This document shows positions 49,058-59,285 of a DNA stretch of 64,000 bases, one piece after another (the first letter of the stretch is position 1; each line of letters begins with the position of its first letter). Position numbers and translations under genes: made by a program. The DNA lies in the NCBI GenBank assembly GCA_004173355.1, contig SEAD01000007.1:7337-71336 (forward strand), in the 5' to 3' direction. Origin of the DNA: Chitinophagaceae bacterium (GTDB lineage: Bacteria > Bacteroidota > Bacteroidia > Chitinophagales > Chitinophagaceae). The notes under the pieces are model-generated. The model saw nothing but the letters and a program-made list of their open reading frames with translations, searched no databases and was not told the origin of the DNA.

Positions 49058-49534
49058 TTATTCAGCAGTTGCCTGCAGGTCTGCCAGTTTCTTTTCATCC
49101 TGTGCAATCCGTTTGCGGGTCTGCTCAGCATCCCGGGTAAGGCTGTTCATGGAAGATTCAGCCTTACGGGCCCGTTTAGACGAGCGTTTGGCGTCTTTGG
49201 CAGAGTTGCGCGCCTTGCGGGAAAGCCGTTTGTCGGTTGGGTCATTGTTGAGCTTGTCCGCCAGTTTCGCATTGTCAGCAGCGACACGCGATGCTTTCTC
49301 TTCAGCTTCGGTGTTTTTCTCTGCCGCAAGTTTGAGCGAACTTTCTGTTTTGGCCAGTTTCACTTTCCGCTCAGCTATATCGTCGGTCAGTTTCTGGATC
49401 TGGAGCTGCTTTTTACTGCTCGCAATGGAGTCTTTTGTAATATTCCGGATAGAGTCGGTGTTCACCTCCTGGGCGTTGATCAACTGGAGGGAAACAAAGC
49501 CAAGCAGCAGGCTGGTCATGATGATTTTCTTCAT
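49058..49534 (-). CDS. Secreted Lys/Ala/Glu-rich coiled-coil protein, unknown function
   Basis: Signal peptide MKKIIMTSLLLGFVSLQLINAQ, then low-complexity helical sequence. Confidence 0.65.
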   Translation of the reverse strand: MKKIIMTSLLLGFVSLQLINAQEVNTDSIRNITKDSIASSKKQLQIQKLTDDIAERKVKLAKTESSLKLAAEKNTEAEEKASRVAADNAKLADKLNNDPTDKRLSRKARNSAKDAKRSSKRARKAESSMNSLTRDAEQTRKRIAQDEKKLADLQATAE

Positions 49535-49827
49535 ATAAGTCTGTTTGCTTTATAAATCCAATAACTTGGCCGGGTTGTGCACGCTCTTGAGCAAAGCAAT
49601 CAACTCTTTGATAATCAGGGATTAACAACTCAAACGCCGCCCGCTTTAACAAAATTCTGACATTCTCGCCTTGTCATTCAGGCCACTGTCAAACAAGGGC
49701 AAACCCGGCAGGGCAGGAAGCGGGGCAGATGGGGCAATAATTTTCCCGGAATAAAACGGCTCTCTGGCCTGCGGATTGTACCCCGTTTGATCCGGTGCAA
49801 GATTTCCCGGCAACAAAAACAGATCCC

Positions 49828-50181
49828 ATGTCACAACACCACAAGGACATACTGCTTAAAGGAAATGCGGCAATAGCAGCCGAAAATTATGAAGGCTTCC
49901 TCGACCTTTGTACCGATGATACTGAATGGAACTTTATCAGCGACACGGTACTCAGGGGCAAAGACGCAGTGCGGAAATGGATGGAGAAAAATTACGTGGA
50001 GCCGCCGGTAGTGGTGGTGGACCAGCTGGTATCGGAAGGTGATTTCCTGGTGGCCATCGGCACCGTCACTATGAAGGATGAAAACGGTGAACCGATCGAC
50101 TATTCATATAGTGATGTATGGGAGTTCCGGGGCGACAAACTCGCACGGCTGAAGGCTTTCGTGATCCCGAAGACTAGTTGA
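49828..50181 (+). CDS. SnoaL-like / NTF2-fold small protein
   Basis: 117 aa from ATG 49828. Pattern NAAIAAENYEGFLDLCTDDTEWNF...GKDAVRKWM is typical of SnoaL-like polyketide-cyclase-fold proteins. Confidence 0.65.
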   Translation: MSQHHKDILLKGNAAIAAENYEGFLDLCTDDTEWNFISDTVLRGKDAVRKWMEKNYVEPPVVVVDQLVSEGDFLVAIGTVTMKDENGEPIDYSYSDVWEFRGDKLARLKAFVIPKTS

Positions 50182-50938
50182 GGATTCCGTTCATTTCCGT
50201 AAGGATGACCGGTTTTCCCGAGGTCACTACGATGGTATGCTCGTGTTGCGCCATATAACCACCCTTGTTGCCAACCATCGTCCAGCCATCGCTCCCTTCT
50301 GTGGCATAGGTAGAAGCTGTTGAGATAAAAGTTTCTATGGCCACCACGGAATTCTTTTTAAAGCGACGCTGGTCATAGCGGTCTTTATAATTCAGCAAAT
50401 CTTCCGGCTGCTCGTGCAGGCTCCTGCCGATTCCATGGCCACCGAGGTTTTTGATTACCGTAAAGCCATGCTTCTTCGCCTCCGTCTCCATCAGGTGACC
50501 AATATAAGCAATCTTCACTCCTCCCCTGATCTGGCCGATTGCCTTACGCAGGATCTCCTTCGATGCTTCAACCAGCAGGCCGTGGTTCAGGAGATCTTTT
50601 CCCAGCACAAAGGATCCGCCGTTATCCGACCAGTAGCCATTCAATTCCGCCGATACATCAATGTTGACCAGGTCACCCTCTTTCAGGATCTTTTTTTCTG
50701 AAGGCACCCCATGACAAAATTCATTGTCCACGCTGATGCAGGTATGACCCGGAAAGTTGTAGGTAAGCAAAGGTGCCGACTTTGCTCCAAATCCTGCGAG
50801 GATCCTGGCTCCATAGTCGTCCAGAGTTTTCGTGCTCATCCCGGGTTGGGCATAATCGATCATTTCCTTCAGGGTATACGCCACTGCTTCACTGACCTTC
50901 TGCATTCCAACTAATTCGGCATCCTTTGTAATTGACAT
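50174..50938 (-). CDS. map: Type I methionine aminopeptidase
   Basis: Metal-ligand context FCHGVPSEKKILKEGDLVNIDVSAELNGYWSDNG, GHGIGRSLHE, and VVAIETF...EHT. Start re-picked at ATG 50938. Confidence 0.9.
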   Translation of the reverse strand: MSITKDAELVGMQKVSEAVAYTLKEMIDYAQPGMSTKTLDDYGARILAGFGAKSAPLLTYNFPGHTCISVDNEFCHGVPSEKKILKEGDLVNIDVSAELNGYWSDNGGSFVLGKDLLNHGLLVEASKEILRKAIGQIRGGVKIAYIGHLMETEAKKHGFTVIKNLGGHGIGRSLHEQPEDLLNYKDRYDQRRFKKNSVVAIETFISTASTYATEGSDGWTMVGNKGGYMAQHEHTIVVTSGKPVILTEMNGILN

Positions 50939-51033
50939 AACGAGCGGGATTTTGTATTCTAGAACAACAAGCCTGAAAGGGTAATGTTCAGCATGGGCAC
51001 GATTTGTGGCTCTATAACCCTGAAACGTCAAAA

Positions 51034-52455
51034 ATGAAAATACTCATCACCGGCTCCACCGGTTATATCGCGCAGCGGCTGATTCCTGTTCTTCTTGAAA
51101 AAGGCCATAGCCTTGTCTGCGTCAGCCGTGATGCCAGCCGGTTCGACAAAAGCCTTTACAGTCATCCCGGCCAGATCGAGGTGCTGGAAGGTGATATGCT
51201 GGAAGAAAAAACGCTGTCTTTTCCCGATGATACGGACGCGGCATATTATCTCGTACACTCCATGAGTTCCGGGAAGGACTTTGGAAAAATGGAAGAAAAA
51301 TCCGCCCGCAATTTTATTACCGCTATTGGCCGCACACAAGCCAGACAGGTGATTTATCTCAGCGGCATTGTGAATGATGCAAAGCTATCCCCCCACCTGG
51401 CATCACGTAAAAAAGTGGAAGACACACTGAACTCGGGAACAGTGCCTGTCACAACACTGCGCGCCGGCATCATCGTTGGATCCGGGAGTGCGTCCTTTGA
51501 GATCATCAGGGACCTGGTGGAGAAACTGCCGGTGATGGTCGCGCCAAAATGGTTACGGACCAAATGCCAGCCGGTGGCGATCCGCAATGTGATCCAGTTT
51601 CTTTCCGGTGTGCTGCTGCAGGACTATACTTACCGCAGGCACTTCGACATCTATGGTCCGGATATCCTTACCTATAAACAGATGTTGTTGCAGTTTGCCG
51701 AAGTACGCGGCCTGAAAAGATCGATCCTGACGGTACCGGTCATGACGCCAAAACTCTCTTCCTTCTGGTTATACTTTGTTACATCCACCTCCTATCCCCT
51801 CGCGAAAAACCTGGTGGACAGCATGAAAGTGGATGTGGTGGCTGAACCAAATGACCTCAGTTCGAAACTCGGGATTACTTTGATTCCCTATAAGGAAGCG
51901 ATCCGTATTGCTTTCGACAAAATCGAGCAGAAGATGGTACTGTCTACCTGGAAGGACGCATTTGGAGGTCCTTCTTCCAGGCGGATTTCACAACACGTAC
52001 AGGTTCCGGAGTTTGGTGTATTCACCGACAAAAAATCAACCACCACGAAAACGCCCGAGGAAGCCGTCAACCGTGTTTTCTCCATCGGTGGTGAATCCGG
52101 CTGGTACTATGGTAACTGGCTTTGGGGCTTCCGGGGATTTCTCGATAAATTATTCGGAGGTGTGGGACTCAACCGCGGGCGGAAAAATCCGGTAAATATT
52201 TCTACCGGTGAGACGCTTGACTTCTGGAGGGTAATTTACTCAAACCGCAAGGAACAGCGGCTGCTGTTATATGCCGAAATGAAATTACCGGGCGAGGCCT
52301 GGCTCGAGTTCACAGTCGAGGGCGATAAAGTAAAACAGGTTGCCACCTTCCGTCCGCTCGGTATCGCCGGCAGGCTGTACTGGTATGCCATGCTGCCTTT
52401 CCATTATTTTATATTCGGGGGTATGATCCGCAAAATTGCCGGTCCGCCACGCTGA
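51034..52455 (+). CDS. NAD(P)-binding SDR-like protein fused to a DUF2867-like C-terminal domain
   Basis: MKILITGSTGYIAQ Rossmann motif. C-terminal WYYGNWLWGFRGFLDKLFGGVGLNRGR block, recalled as DUF2867. Confidence 0.8.
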   Translation: MKILITGSTGYIAQRLIPVLLEKGHSLVCVSRDASRFDKSLYSHPGQIEVLEGDMLEEKTLSFPDDTDAAYYLVHSMSSGKDFGKMEEKSARNFITAIGRTQARQVIYLSGIVNDAKLSPHLASRKKVEDTLNSGTVPVTTLRAGIIVGSGSASFEIIRDLVEKLPVMVAPKWLRTKCQPVAIRNVIQFLSGVLLQDYTYRRHFDIYGPDILTYKQMLLQFAEVRGLKRSILTVPVMTPKLSSFWLYFVTSTSYPLAKNLVDSMKVDVVAEPNDLSSKLGITLIPYKEAIRIAFDKIEQKMVLSTWKDAFGGPSSRRISQHVQVPEFGVFTDKKSTTTKTPEEAVNRVFSIGGESGWYYGNWLWGFRGFLDKLFGGVGLNRGRKNPVNISTGETLDFWRVIYSNRKEQRLLLYAEMKLPGEAWLEFTVEGDKVKQVATFRPLGIAGRLYWYAMLPFHYFIFGGMIRKIAGPPR

Positions 52456-52477
52456 ATTTTCGTTCAGGATAGATCAA

Positions 52478-52993
52478 CTACCCGGCGTTCTCGCGAAGGA
52501 TATTGTACAGGTCTTCTGCACCACCATCAAACTTGTTCCCATCAATAAAAAAAGTTGGGGTCCCATTCACACCGCTCCGCATCCCGGTTTCAAAATCATT
52601 GTCCACGCGCGCTGCGAGTGATTCATCCGCGCGGTCTGACTTGAACTGCCCGGCATCCAGACCCAGCATTTCACCCAATCCCACCAGCATCGATTCACTG
52701 AGTTTCCGTTGTTGTTCAAAGATGGCATCATGCATTTCCCAGAACTTCCCCTGCCGCGATGCGGCTTCGGCTGCCAGGGCAGCTGGCAGTGCAAGTGGGT
52801 GGATTTCCGATAACGGGAAATTGCGGAACACAAATTTTACCTGGCTGCCGAAATCCTCCATTATCTTTTGGATAATGGGATGTGCCGCACCACAATGCGG
52901 ACACTGGTAATCGCCATACTCTACGATCACGAGTTGCGCCCCTGGATTGCCCTGGAAATGGTCATTGCTGTCGACCGGATGTTTTAACTGCAT
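52478..52993 (-). CDS. DsbA-like thioredoxin-fold protein
   Basis: CPHC active site in VEYGDYQCPHCGAAHP. 171 aa, no signal peptide visible. Confidence 0.85.
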   Translation of the reverse strand: MQLKHPVDSNDHFQGNPGAQLVIVEYGDYQCPHCGAAHPIIQKIMEDFGSQVKFVFRNFPLSEIHPLALPAALAAEAASRQGKFWEMHDAIFEQQRKLSESMLVGLGEMLGLDAGQFKSDRADESLAARVDNDFETGMRSGVNGTPTFFIDGNKFDGGAEDLYNILRENAG

Positions 52994-53002
52994 GCCTTTG
53001 TT

Positions 53003-53464
53003 TTATGGTTTACCGATTGATTCCAGTGCCTCCAGGATGCCGTCGGCACCCGGATTCACCGCCACGGGCGATTTGTAACTCCATACAATCACTCCTTCTT
53101 TGTTAATGACAAAAAGTGCCCTGCTGCTTTCACCTTCGGTGTCGTCGTAAATACCATACTTCGCGGACACGGCACCCTTGGGTTCAAAGTCGGACAACAG
53201 CGGGAAATGAAGATTGCGGGATTGTGCAAATGCCAGGTGGCACCATTTGCTGTCGACCGAAATCCCCAGCACCTGCGCATTGTATTTCTGGAAATACTTC
53301 AGCATCTCGTTGTAGAGGGCCATCTGGTCACTGCAGACCGGACTCCAGTCTGCCGGATAAAATGCCAGGATCACATTTTTACCACGGAACTCCGACAGGC
53401 TGATCTTCTGGTCGGGCGTGGCATACAGGGTAAAATCAGGAGCCGGGTCATTTTTGCTTAACAT
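53003..53464 (-). CDS. Peroxiredoxin (AhpC/TSA family)
   Basis: FYPADWSPVCSDQ peroxidatic-Cys motif. Lies 9 nt upstream of the DsbA-like gene. Confidence 0.9.
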   Translation of the reverse strand: MLSKNDPAPDFTLYATPDQKISLSEFRGKNVILAFYPADWSPVCSDQMALYNEMLKYFQKYNAQVLGISVDSKWCHLAFAQSRNLHFPLLSDFEPKGAVSAKYGIYDDTEGESSRALFVINKEGVIVWSYKSPVAVNPGADGILEALESIGKP

Positions 53465-53635
53465 CTTTGTCTGTTTTTAAAGTGTCAGGCTGGTCAATTG
53501 ACGACAAGGCCCGCACAGCAATTTACAAACAAACCGCAAGCCATCCAGCAGCCCGACAGCCTCCGACAGGTAATTTCTGCAAAGATGTTTTGTTTATACC
53601 ACATTTTGTCAGGGGAAGACAACCGCAATGACTGC

Positions 53636-54535
53636 TCAATTAAATGATTGCCGGAATTCAAGCGGGGATACATTCATATTCCTCCGGAAGAATTTATTGA
53701 AGGATTGAGGGTATTCAAATCCAAGCTGGTAGGCGATTTCAGCCACTGTCAGGCTGGTTCCTGACAGGTATTCCTTTGCCTTTTCCATCATCTTATCCTG
53801 GATATGCTGTTGGGCATTCCGGCCCGTGAGGGAGCGCAGCATATCACCGAGGTAATGCGGGGTCAGGTTGAGTTCACGTGCCAGCAGTTCCACTGTGGGA
53901 GCCCCCTGCTGCTGCTCCAGCCATCGATCCAATGCCTGGTCCATCCGGGTAAGCAGGTCATGGTTCACGGCTTTGCGTGTGATAAACTGCCGCTCGTAAA
54001 ACCGCTGGCTGTAACTGAGCAACACCTCCAGCTGTGCAAGGATGATCTCCTGTGTATGTTTATCGATGTGCTGGTACTCCTCCTGTATTTTCCGGAAAAT
54101 CTCCGTTACGTTTGCTTCTTCTTTTTGCGACAGGTGCAGGGCTTCATTGACGGCATAAGAGAAGAATCCCATGGTTCTGATAGAAGTCGCCAGCGGATGT
54201 TTGTACAGGAAATCGCGATGCACCAGCAGTGCAAAACCATTACCCGCTTCCGGTCCGAGAGCCTGCCCATGCGGCACATCAAGTGATTGCACCTGCTTTG
54301 GTCCGATAAAGGTCATCAGGCCTTTGTCATAATCGTAGTAGTGTTGTCCGTATTTCACCTTACCCAGTACGTCCCGCTTCAGGGAAATACAATAAAAGTC
54401 CAGCGCAAATTGCCCGGCAAACGCCGCGTCGCGCAACTGCATATCCGCCACATGAACCACACTCACCAGTGGATGCATGGGTTCAGGCAGGCCCGTCAGG
54501 CGATGGAATTCCGGTATTGACTGTATTAATTGCAT
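53636..54535 (-). CDS. AraC-family transcriptional regulator
   Basis: C-terminal HTH pair (ELLARELNLTPHYLGDMLRSLTG ... IAYQLGFEYPQSFNKFFRR). ATG 54535 preferred over TTG 54556. Confidence 0.9.
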   Translation of the reverse strand: MQLIQSIPEFHRLTGLPEPMHPLVSVVHVADMQLRDAAFAGQFALDFYCISLKRDVLGKVKYGQHYYDYDKGLMTFIGPKQVQSLDVPHGQALGPEAGNGFALLVHRDFLYKHPLATSIRTMGFFSYAVNEALHLSQKEEANVTEIFRKIQEEYQHIDKHTQEIILAQLEVLLSYSQRFYERQFITRKAVNHDLLTRMDQALDRWLEQQQGAPTVELLARELNLTPHYLGDMLRSLTGRNAQQHIQDKMMEKAKEYLSGTSLTVAEIAYQLGFEYPQSFNKFFRRNMNVSPLEFRQSFN

Positions 54536-54568
54536 GGCGTTCTTTTGACTGGTCAAAGACTGTATTAT

Positions 54569-55372
54569 TCAGCCGAGGATCATCTTCCGGATTTCTTTCC
54601 TCGATTCTTCCGAACCTATTTCGAGTCGACGGTTATACATCGCATTGGCATCAGCACCGGCTACATAGCGGATCTGGTCTTTCCCATCGGTGGCCGCTTC
54701 ATAAACGATCTTTGCTATTTCGAGCGGAGCAGCCGCCGCATCCATCATTTTGTCCATCAGGGCAAACAGCGGGTCTTCCAGTTTCCTGTAATCTTCGGTT
54801 CGTGTGCGATCCAGTGAACGTCCGAGAAACTCCGTTGAGATACCCCCCGGCGCTATTGTTTTGATCAGGATATTATGAATACCCAGCTCGAAAGACATCC
54901 CTTCCGACCAGCCTTCCACTGCAAATTTAGTGGCATGGTAAATCGAATGCATGGGAAATGTGAGCAACCCGCCCATGGACGTGGTACTCAGGAATACCCC
55001 ACCCCCGCTCTGCCGGAAATGCTGGATAAATGCCTGCGTCACGCGGATCACACCGAGGAGGTTGGTATTGACCTGGCGGACCACCTGCTCATCCGTCAAT
55101 GTCTCCAGGGCGCCCATCAGGCCGTACCCTGCATTGTTAAATACCACGTCGACTTTCCCCAGTGCTATTGATTGTTCAACCGCCGATGCGATCTGTGAAG
55201 GATCGGTCACATCCAGCCGAAGTACTGTCACGTTTTCCAGTTTGTCCAGTTGACTTTCTTTTTCAGGATTACGCATGGTAGCGATCACATTCCATCCCCT
55301 GGACTGGAAAAGTATTGCGGTTGCTTTACCGAGACCGGCCGATGCGCCGGTTATAAAAATTGTCTTGCCCAT
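54569..55372 (-). CDS. Classical short-chain dehydrogenase/reductase
   Basis: TGASAGLG cofactor motif, NNAG, and YHATK catalytic motif. Confidence 0.9.
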   Translation of the reverse strand: MGKTIFITGASAGLGKATAILFQSRGWNVIATMRNPEKESQLDKLENVTVLRLDVTDPSQIASAVEQSIALGKVDVVFNNAGYGLMGALETLTDEQVVRQVNTNLLGVIRVTQAFIQHFRQSGGGVFLSTTSMGGLLTFPMHSIYHATKFAVEGWSEGMSFELGIHNILIKTIAPGGISTEFLGRSLDRTRTEDYRKLEDPLFALMDKMMDAAAAPLEIAKIVYEAATDGKDQIRYVAGADANAMYNRRLEIGSEESRKEIRKMILG

Positions 55373-55572
55373 ATATTCCGTGTTTTATTCCGGGATCAAA
55401 ATTCACCACTATAAATGAAGATGATGTATCCGGATTGCAGGGAACTGTATCCCGAACGGAGTTAGTTTCCCGGGTACACCGGAAAAAGGGTCAAACCGCC
55501 ATCCATGGCCTTTTCGTGGTATACCTGCGCCCCGATTCTGGAATAGTCTTTGTTCATGCAGATAAAAAAACC

Positions 55573-56001
55573 ATGAAAAAACTTATCCCTGTATTTGCCT
55601 TCCTGTTCGCGACCGGTACCGCCTCCGCGCAGGAGCTTGCCATTGCATCCAAAGGCAACAAAGTTTATATCGAAAACACCTCGAAGAATGACAATGCGGT
55701 AAAAACTGCCGATGAACTAAAAGAGCGCGTGGGTGAATGGAATTACTGGACCGTAGTGAATTCTCCCGCAGAGGCCGACTTCGTACTGGCAGCCGAGACA
55801 GAGGTTTCAAAAGGCATTACCGCAACCTCATGGGGTGGGAAATCATACGTCCTTACCGGGAAAATAAAAGATAAAAAAGGAGAAGTCGTCTGGGAAAGCA
55901 ATTCCTATAAATCAAGTCCGAACGGGACCAACGGTTTCAATTCGAGCAAGGCAGTCGTTAAAAAAATGATCCGCGACCTTAAAAAGAAATTCAAGGACTG
56001 A
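55573..56001 (+). CDS. Small secreted protein, unknown function
   Basis: ATG 55573 gives MKKLIPVFAFLFATGTASAQ (signal peptide). 142 aa. Confidence 0.65.
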   Translation: MKKLIPVFAFLFATGTASAQELAIASKGNKVYIENTSKNDNAVKTADELKERVGEWNYWTVVNSPAEADFVLAAETEVSKGITATSWGGKSYVLTGKIKDKKGEVVWESNSYKSSPNGTNGFNSSKAVVKKMIRDLKKKFKD

Positions 56002-56016
56002 CAGGGAAAATAATAT

Positions 56017-56054
56017 AAAAAGGACCCCAATCCAAACCGGTTGGGGTCCTTTTT
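56017..56054. terminator. Bidirectional hairpin terminator between convergent genes
   Basis: AAAAAGGACCCCAA / TTGGGGTCCTTTTT with a 10-nt loop. A/T runs on both sides. Confidence 0.8.
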
Positions 56055-56070
56055 ATATACAAATGAATTC

Positions 56071-57249
56071 TTAGCTATTGGCCAATGCTTCAGGTATCAC
56101 GCTGGCAGCACGGTGTCTGCGGATCAGCAGGATGGCAAAGGAGGTCCCTGTCAGTGCCATGATCATTCCCACGATTTCGGGTGAAGTGTAGCCAAAACCC
56201 GCGGCAATCGGAAGCCCTCCAAGGAATGCACCCAATGTATTTCCCGTATTGAACGCGGCCTGGGTGGCAGCGGCCCCGAGCATCTCGGCGTCCTTTGCTG
56301 TATTGATCATCAGGATCTGGATGGGTGATCCGATGGCCATGGATAGTGCACCGGCAAAGAATGTAAGGATTAATGACATCACCTTGTATTCTGCAAAGAA
56401 AAAGATCAGCAGCAGGACCGTAGCCATTGCGGCGAACAGGCAGGCACATAGCACTACGGGCTTGAAACGATCAGCCAGTTTCCCGCCAATGATATTCCCC
56501 ACCACCATACCAGATCCAGCGAGGATCATGATTGACGAAACCGAGTCGTCGGCAAATCCTGACACTTCCGTCATGAGTGGTGCGATATAACTGATCCACG
56601 CAAATAACCCACCGGTACCGATTGCGATCATCAGCAGGACCAGCCACACATTGAGATCCTGGAAGATGCGCATTTCATTACGCGGACTGGCGTTTTTATT
56701 AGCCGGCATTTCCGGCAGCCACCACTTGATGAATAGCAGGGTGATCAGTCCGATCACCGAGACCAGGCCAAAGGTGTACCGCCATGAATAATTGTGCCCG
56801 ATCCATGTGCCCAGCGGAACCATCGCAAGGTTGGCAATAGTCAATCCGGCGAACATCATCGAGATGGCCTGTGCCTTTTTACCATCAGCTGCAAGGCGGC
56901 TGGCTACCACTGCCCCCACCCCAAAGAATGCGCCATGCGGCAAGCCGGCGAAAAAGCGGGATACGAGCAGCAGGACGTTGCTACCCGCAATGGCAGACAA
57001 TCCGTTGAAGAGGGTAAAAATCACCATAAAACCCAGCAGGGTTTTTTTCGGTGGCAGGTGACTGGTCATCATCACCAGCAGCGGTGCACCTACTACCACG
57101 CCGAGTGCATACGCCGAAATGAAATGCCCGGCCTCAGGGATACTGATCCTGAAATCACGCGCGACATCCGGCAGTAGTCCCATGATCACAAATTCTGTCG
57201 TCCCGATACCCAGTCCGCCGAGCAACAGCGGGAAAATACTCTTCTTCAT
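56071..57249 (-). CDS. MFS transporter (AraJ/YdhP-like drug or sugar efflux type)
   Basis: 12-TM profile. N-terminus MKKSIFPLLLGGLGIGTTEFVIMGLLPDVA at the re-picked ATG 57249. Confidence 0.85.
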   Translation of the reverse strand: MKKSIFPLLLGGLGIGTTEFVIMGLLPDVARDFRISIPEAGHFISAYALGVVVGAPLLVMMTSHLPPKKTLLGFMVIFTLFNGLSAIAGSNVLLLVSRFFAGLPHGAFFGVGAVVASRLAADGKKAQAISMMFAGLTIANLAMVPLGTWIGHNYSWRYTFGLVSVIGLITLLFIKWWLPEMPANKNASPRNEMRIFQDLNVWLVLLMIAIGTGGLFAWISYIAPLMTEVSGFADDSVSSIMILAGSGMVVGNIIGGKLADRFKPVVLCACLFAAMATVLLLIFFFAEYKVMSLILTFFAGALSMAIGSPIQILMINTAKDAEMLGAAATQAAFNTGNTLGAFLGGLPIAAGFGYTSPEIVGMIMALTGTSFAILLIRRHRAASVIPEALANS

Positions 57250-57427
57250 GTGTGCAAAAGAACAACTATCGGTCGATTTTGTTTTGCGCGGCCGCCGGAT
57301 ATCGTCCACCTTTCATTCCGATTCCCCTGAAAGTAGCGCCAATACAGGTTAATTCGGTGCTGTCAGGATGCAGGTGGCCGTTTCCCCTACCAATATTCCT
57401 GTACTTTCGCGCTTTCTGTCAACTTCC

Positions 57428-58960
57428 ATGAAAGCATACCTCAATCTTTTCGACTTTTCGCAAAAAGTGAATTACAGGACTGAAATCCTCGCCGGACTCA
57501 CCGTGGCCATGACCATGATACCCGAATCGCTTTCCTTTGCCATCCTTGCGGGACTGTCGCCACTGACCGGACTATACGCCGCTTTGATTATGGGCCTCGT
57601 CACGGCAATACTTGGTGGCCGGCCGGGAATGGTGTCAGGGGGCGCGGGTGCAACCGTGGTTGTGCTGATCGCGCTAATGAAATCCCATGGCGTCGAATAC
57701 GTTTTTGCAACTGTCCTGGTTGCAGGAATCATCCAGGTCCTTGCAGGTGCGTTACGTTTGGGGAAATTCATCCGTCTTGTTCCGCAACCAGTCATGTATG
57801 GATTTGTAAACGGACTGGCAATTATCATCTTCCTGTCGCAGCTGGAACAATTCAAGGTTGTCACTCCATCCGGTACTGAATGGATGCAGGGCACTTCACT
57901 CCTGCTGATGCTGGGACTGGTGGCGCTGACTATCTCGATCGTACTGGTTTTTCCAAAGATTACAAAGGCCGTCCCGGCCTCACTGGTGGCTATACTTGTT
58001 GTATCCGGAATAGTAGTGGTGTCTGGAATCAATACAAAAACGGTACAGGATATAGCTTCCGTCAGCGGGGGTTTCCCTGCACTGCACATTCCGGTTGTTC
58101 CTTTTTCAATTGAAACCATAGCGATTATTCTCCCTTATGCCGCGGTCATGGCAGGTGTGGGGCTGATTGAAAGCCTGCTTACCTTAAATGTGGTAGACGA
58201 AATTACCGGCACCCGCGGACGTGGCAACAAGGAGTGCATTGCCCAGGGGAGCGCCAATATCCTCAACGGTTTGTTTACCGGTATGGGTGGCTGTGCAATG
58301 ATCGCGCAGACGTTTGTGAATCTTTCCGCCGGTTCGCGCGCCAGGCTTTCAGGGATTGTTGCCGCCTGCGCCATCCTGCTGATTATCCTGTATGGCGCAC
58401 CTGTAATCGGACGTGTACCGATGGCGGCACTCGTAGGCGTGATGGTGATGGTTTCAATCGGGACTTTTGAGTGGATCAGTCTGCGGATCATCAACAAAAT
58501 GCCCCGACATGATATCATCACAGGAATACTCGTGGCGATTGTGACGGTATGGTTGCATAATCTTGCCCTGGCAGTCCTGATCGGTGTGATCATCGCCGCC
58601 CTCGTATTTGCCTGGGAAAGTGCAAAGCGAATCCGGGCAAGGAAATACACGGATGCAGAGGGCATTCGGCATTACGAAATCTATGGTCCGTTGTTTTTTG
58701 GATCGGTGCGCACATTTACTGACAAATTTGACATCAGCAACGACCCTCCGCAGGTAGTGATCGATTTCCGGGAAAGCCGGGTTACGGATATGAGTGCGAT
58801 TGATGCCCTGGACAAACTGACCGAACGATATAAAAAAGCAGGGAAGCAACTGCACCTGCGTCATCTGAGCGAAGACTGCCGAAGGTTATTGAAAAATGCG
58901 GAGGGTGTTGCAGAGGTCAACATCATTGAAGATCCATCTTATAAAGTACCCGTTGACTGA
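57428..58960 (+). CDS. SulP-family anion transporter with C-terminal STAS domain
   Basis: The pattern EILAGLTVAMTMIPESLSFAILAGLSP is typical of SulP. C-terminal STAS-like segment (YEIYGPLFFGS...VIDFRESRVTDMSAIDALDKL). Confidence 0.9.
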   Translation: MKAYLNLFDFSQKVNYRTEILAGLTVAMTMIPESLSFAILAGLSPLTGLYAALIMGLVTAILGGRPGMVSGGAGATVVVLIALMKSHGVEYVFATVLVAGIIQVLAGALRLGKFIRLVPQPVMYGFVNGLAIIIFLSQLEQFKVVTPSGTEWMQGTSLLLMLGLVALTISIVLVFPKITKAVPASLVAILVVSGIVVVSGINTKTVQDIASVSGGFPALHIPVVPFSIETIAIILPYAAVMAGVGLIESLLTLNVVDEITGTRGRGNKECIAQGSANILNGLFTGMGGCAMIAQTFVNLSAGSRARLSGIVAACAILLIILYGAPVIGRVPMAALVGVMVMVSIGTFEWISLRIINKMPRHDIITGILVAIVTVWLHNLALAVLIGVIIAALVFAWESAKRIRARKYTDAEGIRHYEIYGPLFFGSVRTFTDKFDISNDPPQVVIDFRESRVTDMSAIDALDKLTERYKKAGKQLHLRHLSEDCRRLLKNAEGVAEVNIIEDPSYKVPVD

Positions 58961-59285
58961 CCGCGCTGGGCAGGTTCAGGGCACGTTAACTTTTAATTTA
59001 CATGGAAAAGTAGTTTTACTATTGCAGGCGCCAGCTTTTTGCCCAACATTTGCGGCACCAACGGCAAATAATCCGCCCCTGGCCACCCAATGAAGAATCG
59101 TATCCCTGCCTCTATCGCTGCAATGCGGCACACACTTAAGCAACTACACAGTTGCGTTAATTTTCACCAGACACATCGCTGAGTAAAAAACAACCTTCTT
59201 TTGTCAACTCATCTTACCGGATGAACGGCATCTTACACCCGTCACTAAGCAAATAGCTATAAATAAGTCCTTTTAAAAAACAATT

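Noticed and set aside
50174-50181. 8-nt convergent overlap between the SnoaL-like gene and map
   Set aside because: Short 3'-end overlaps of convergent genes are common and carry no evident regulatory meaning here.
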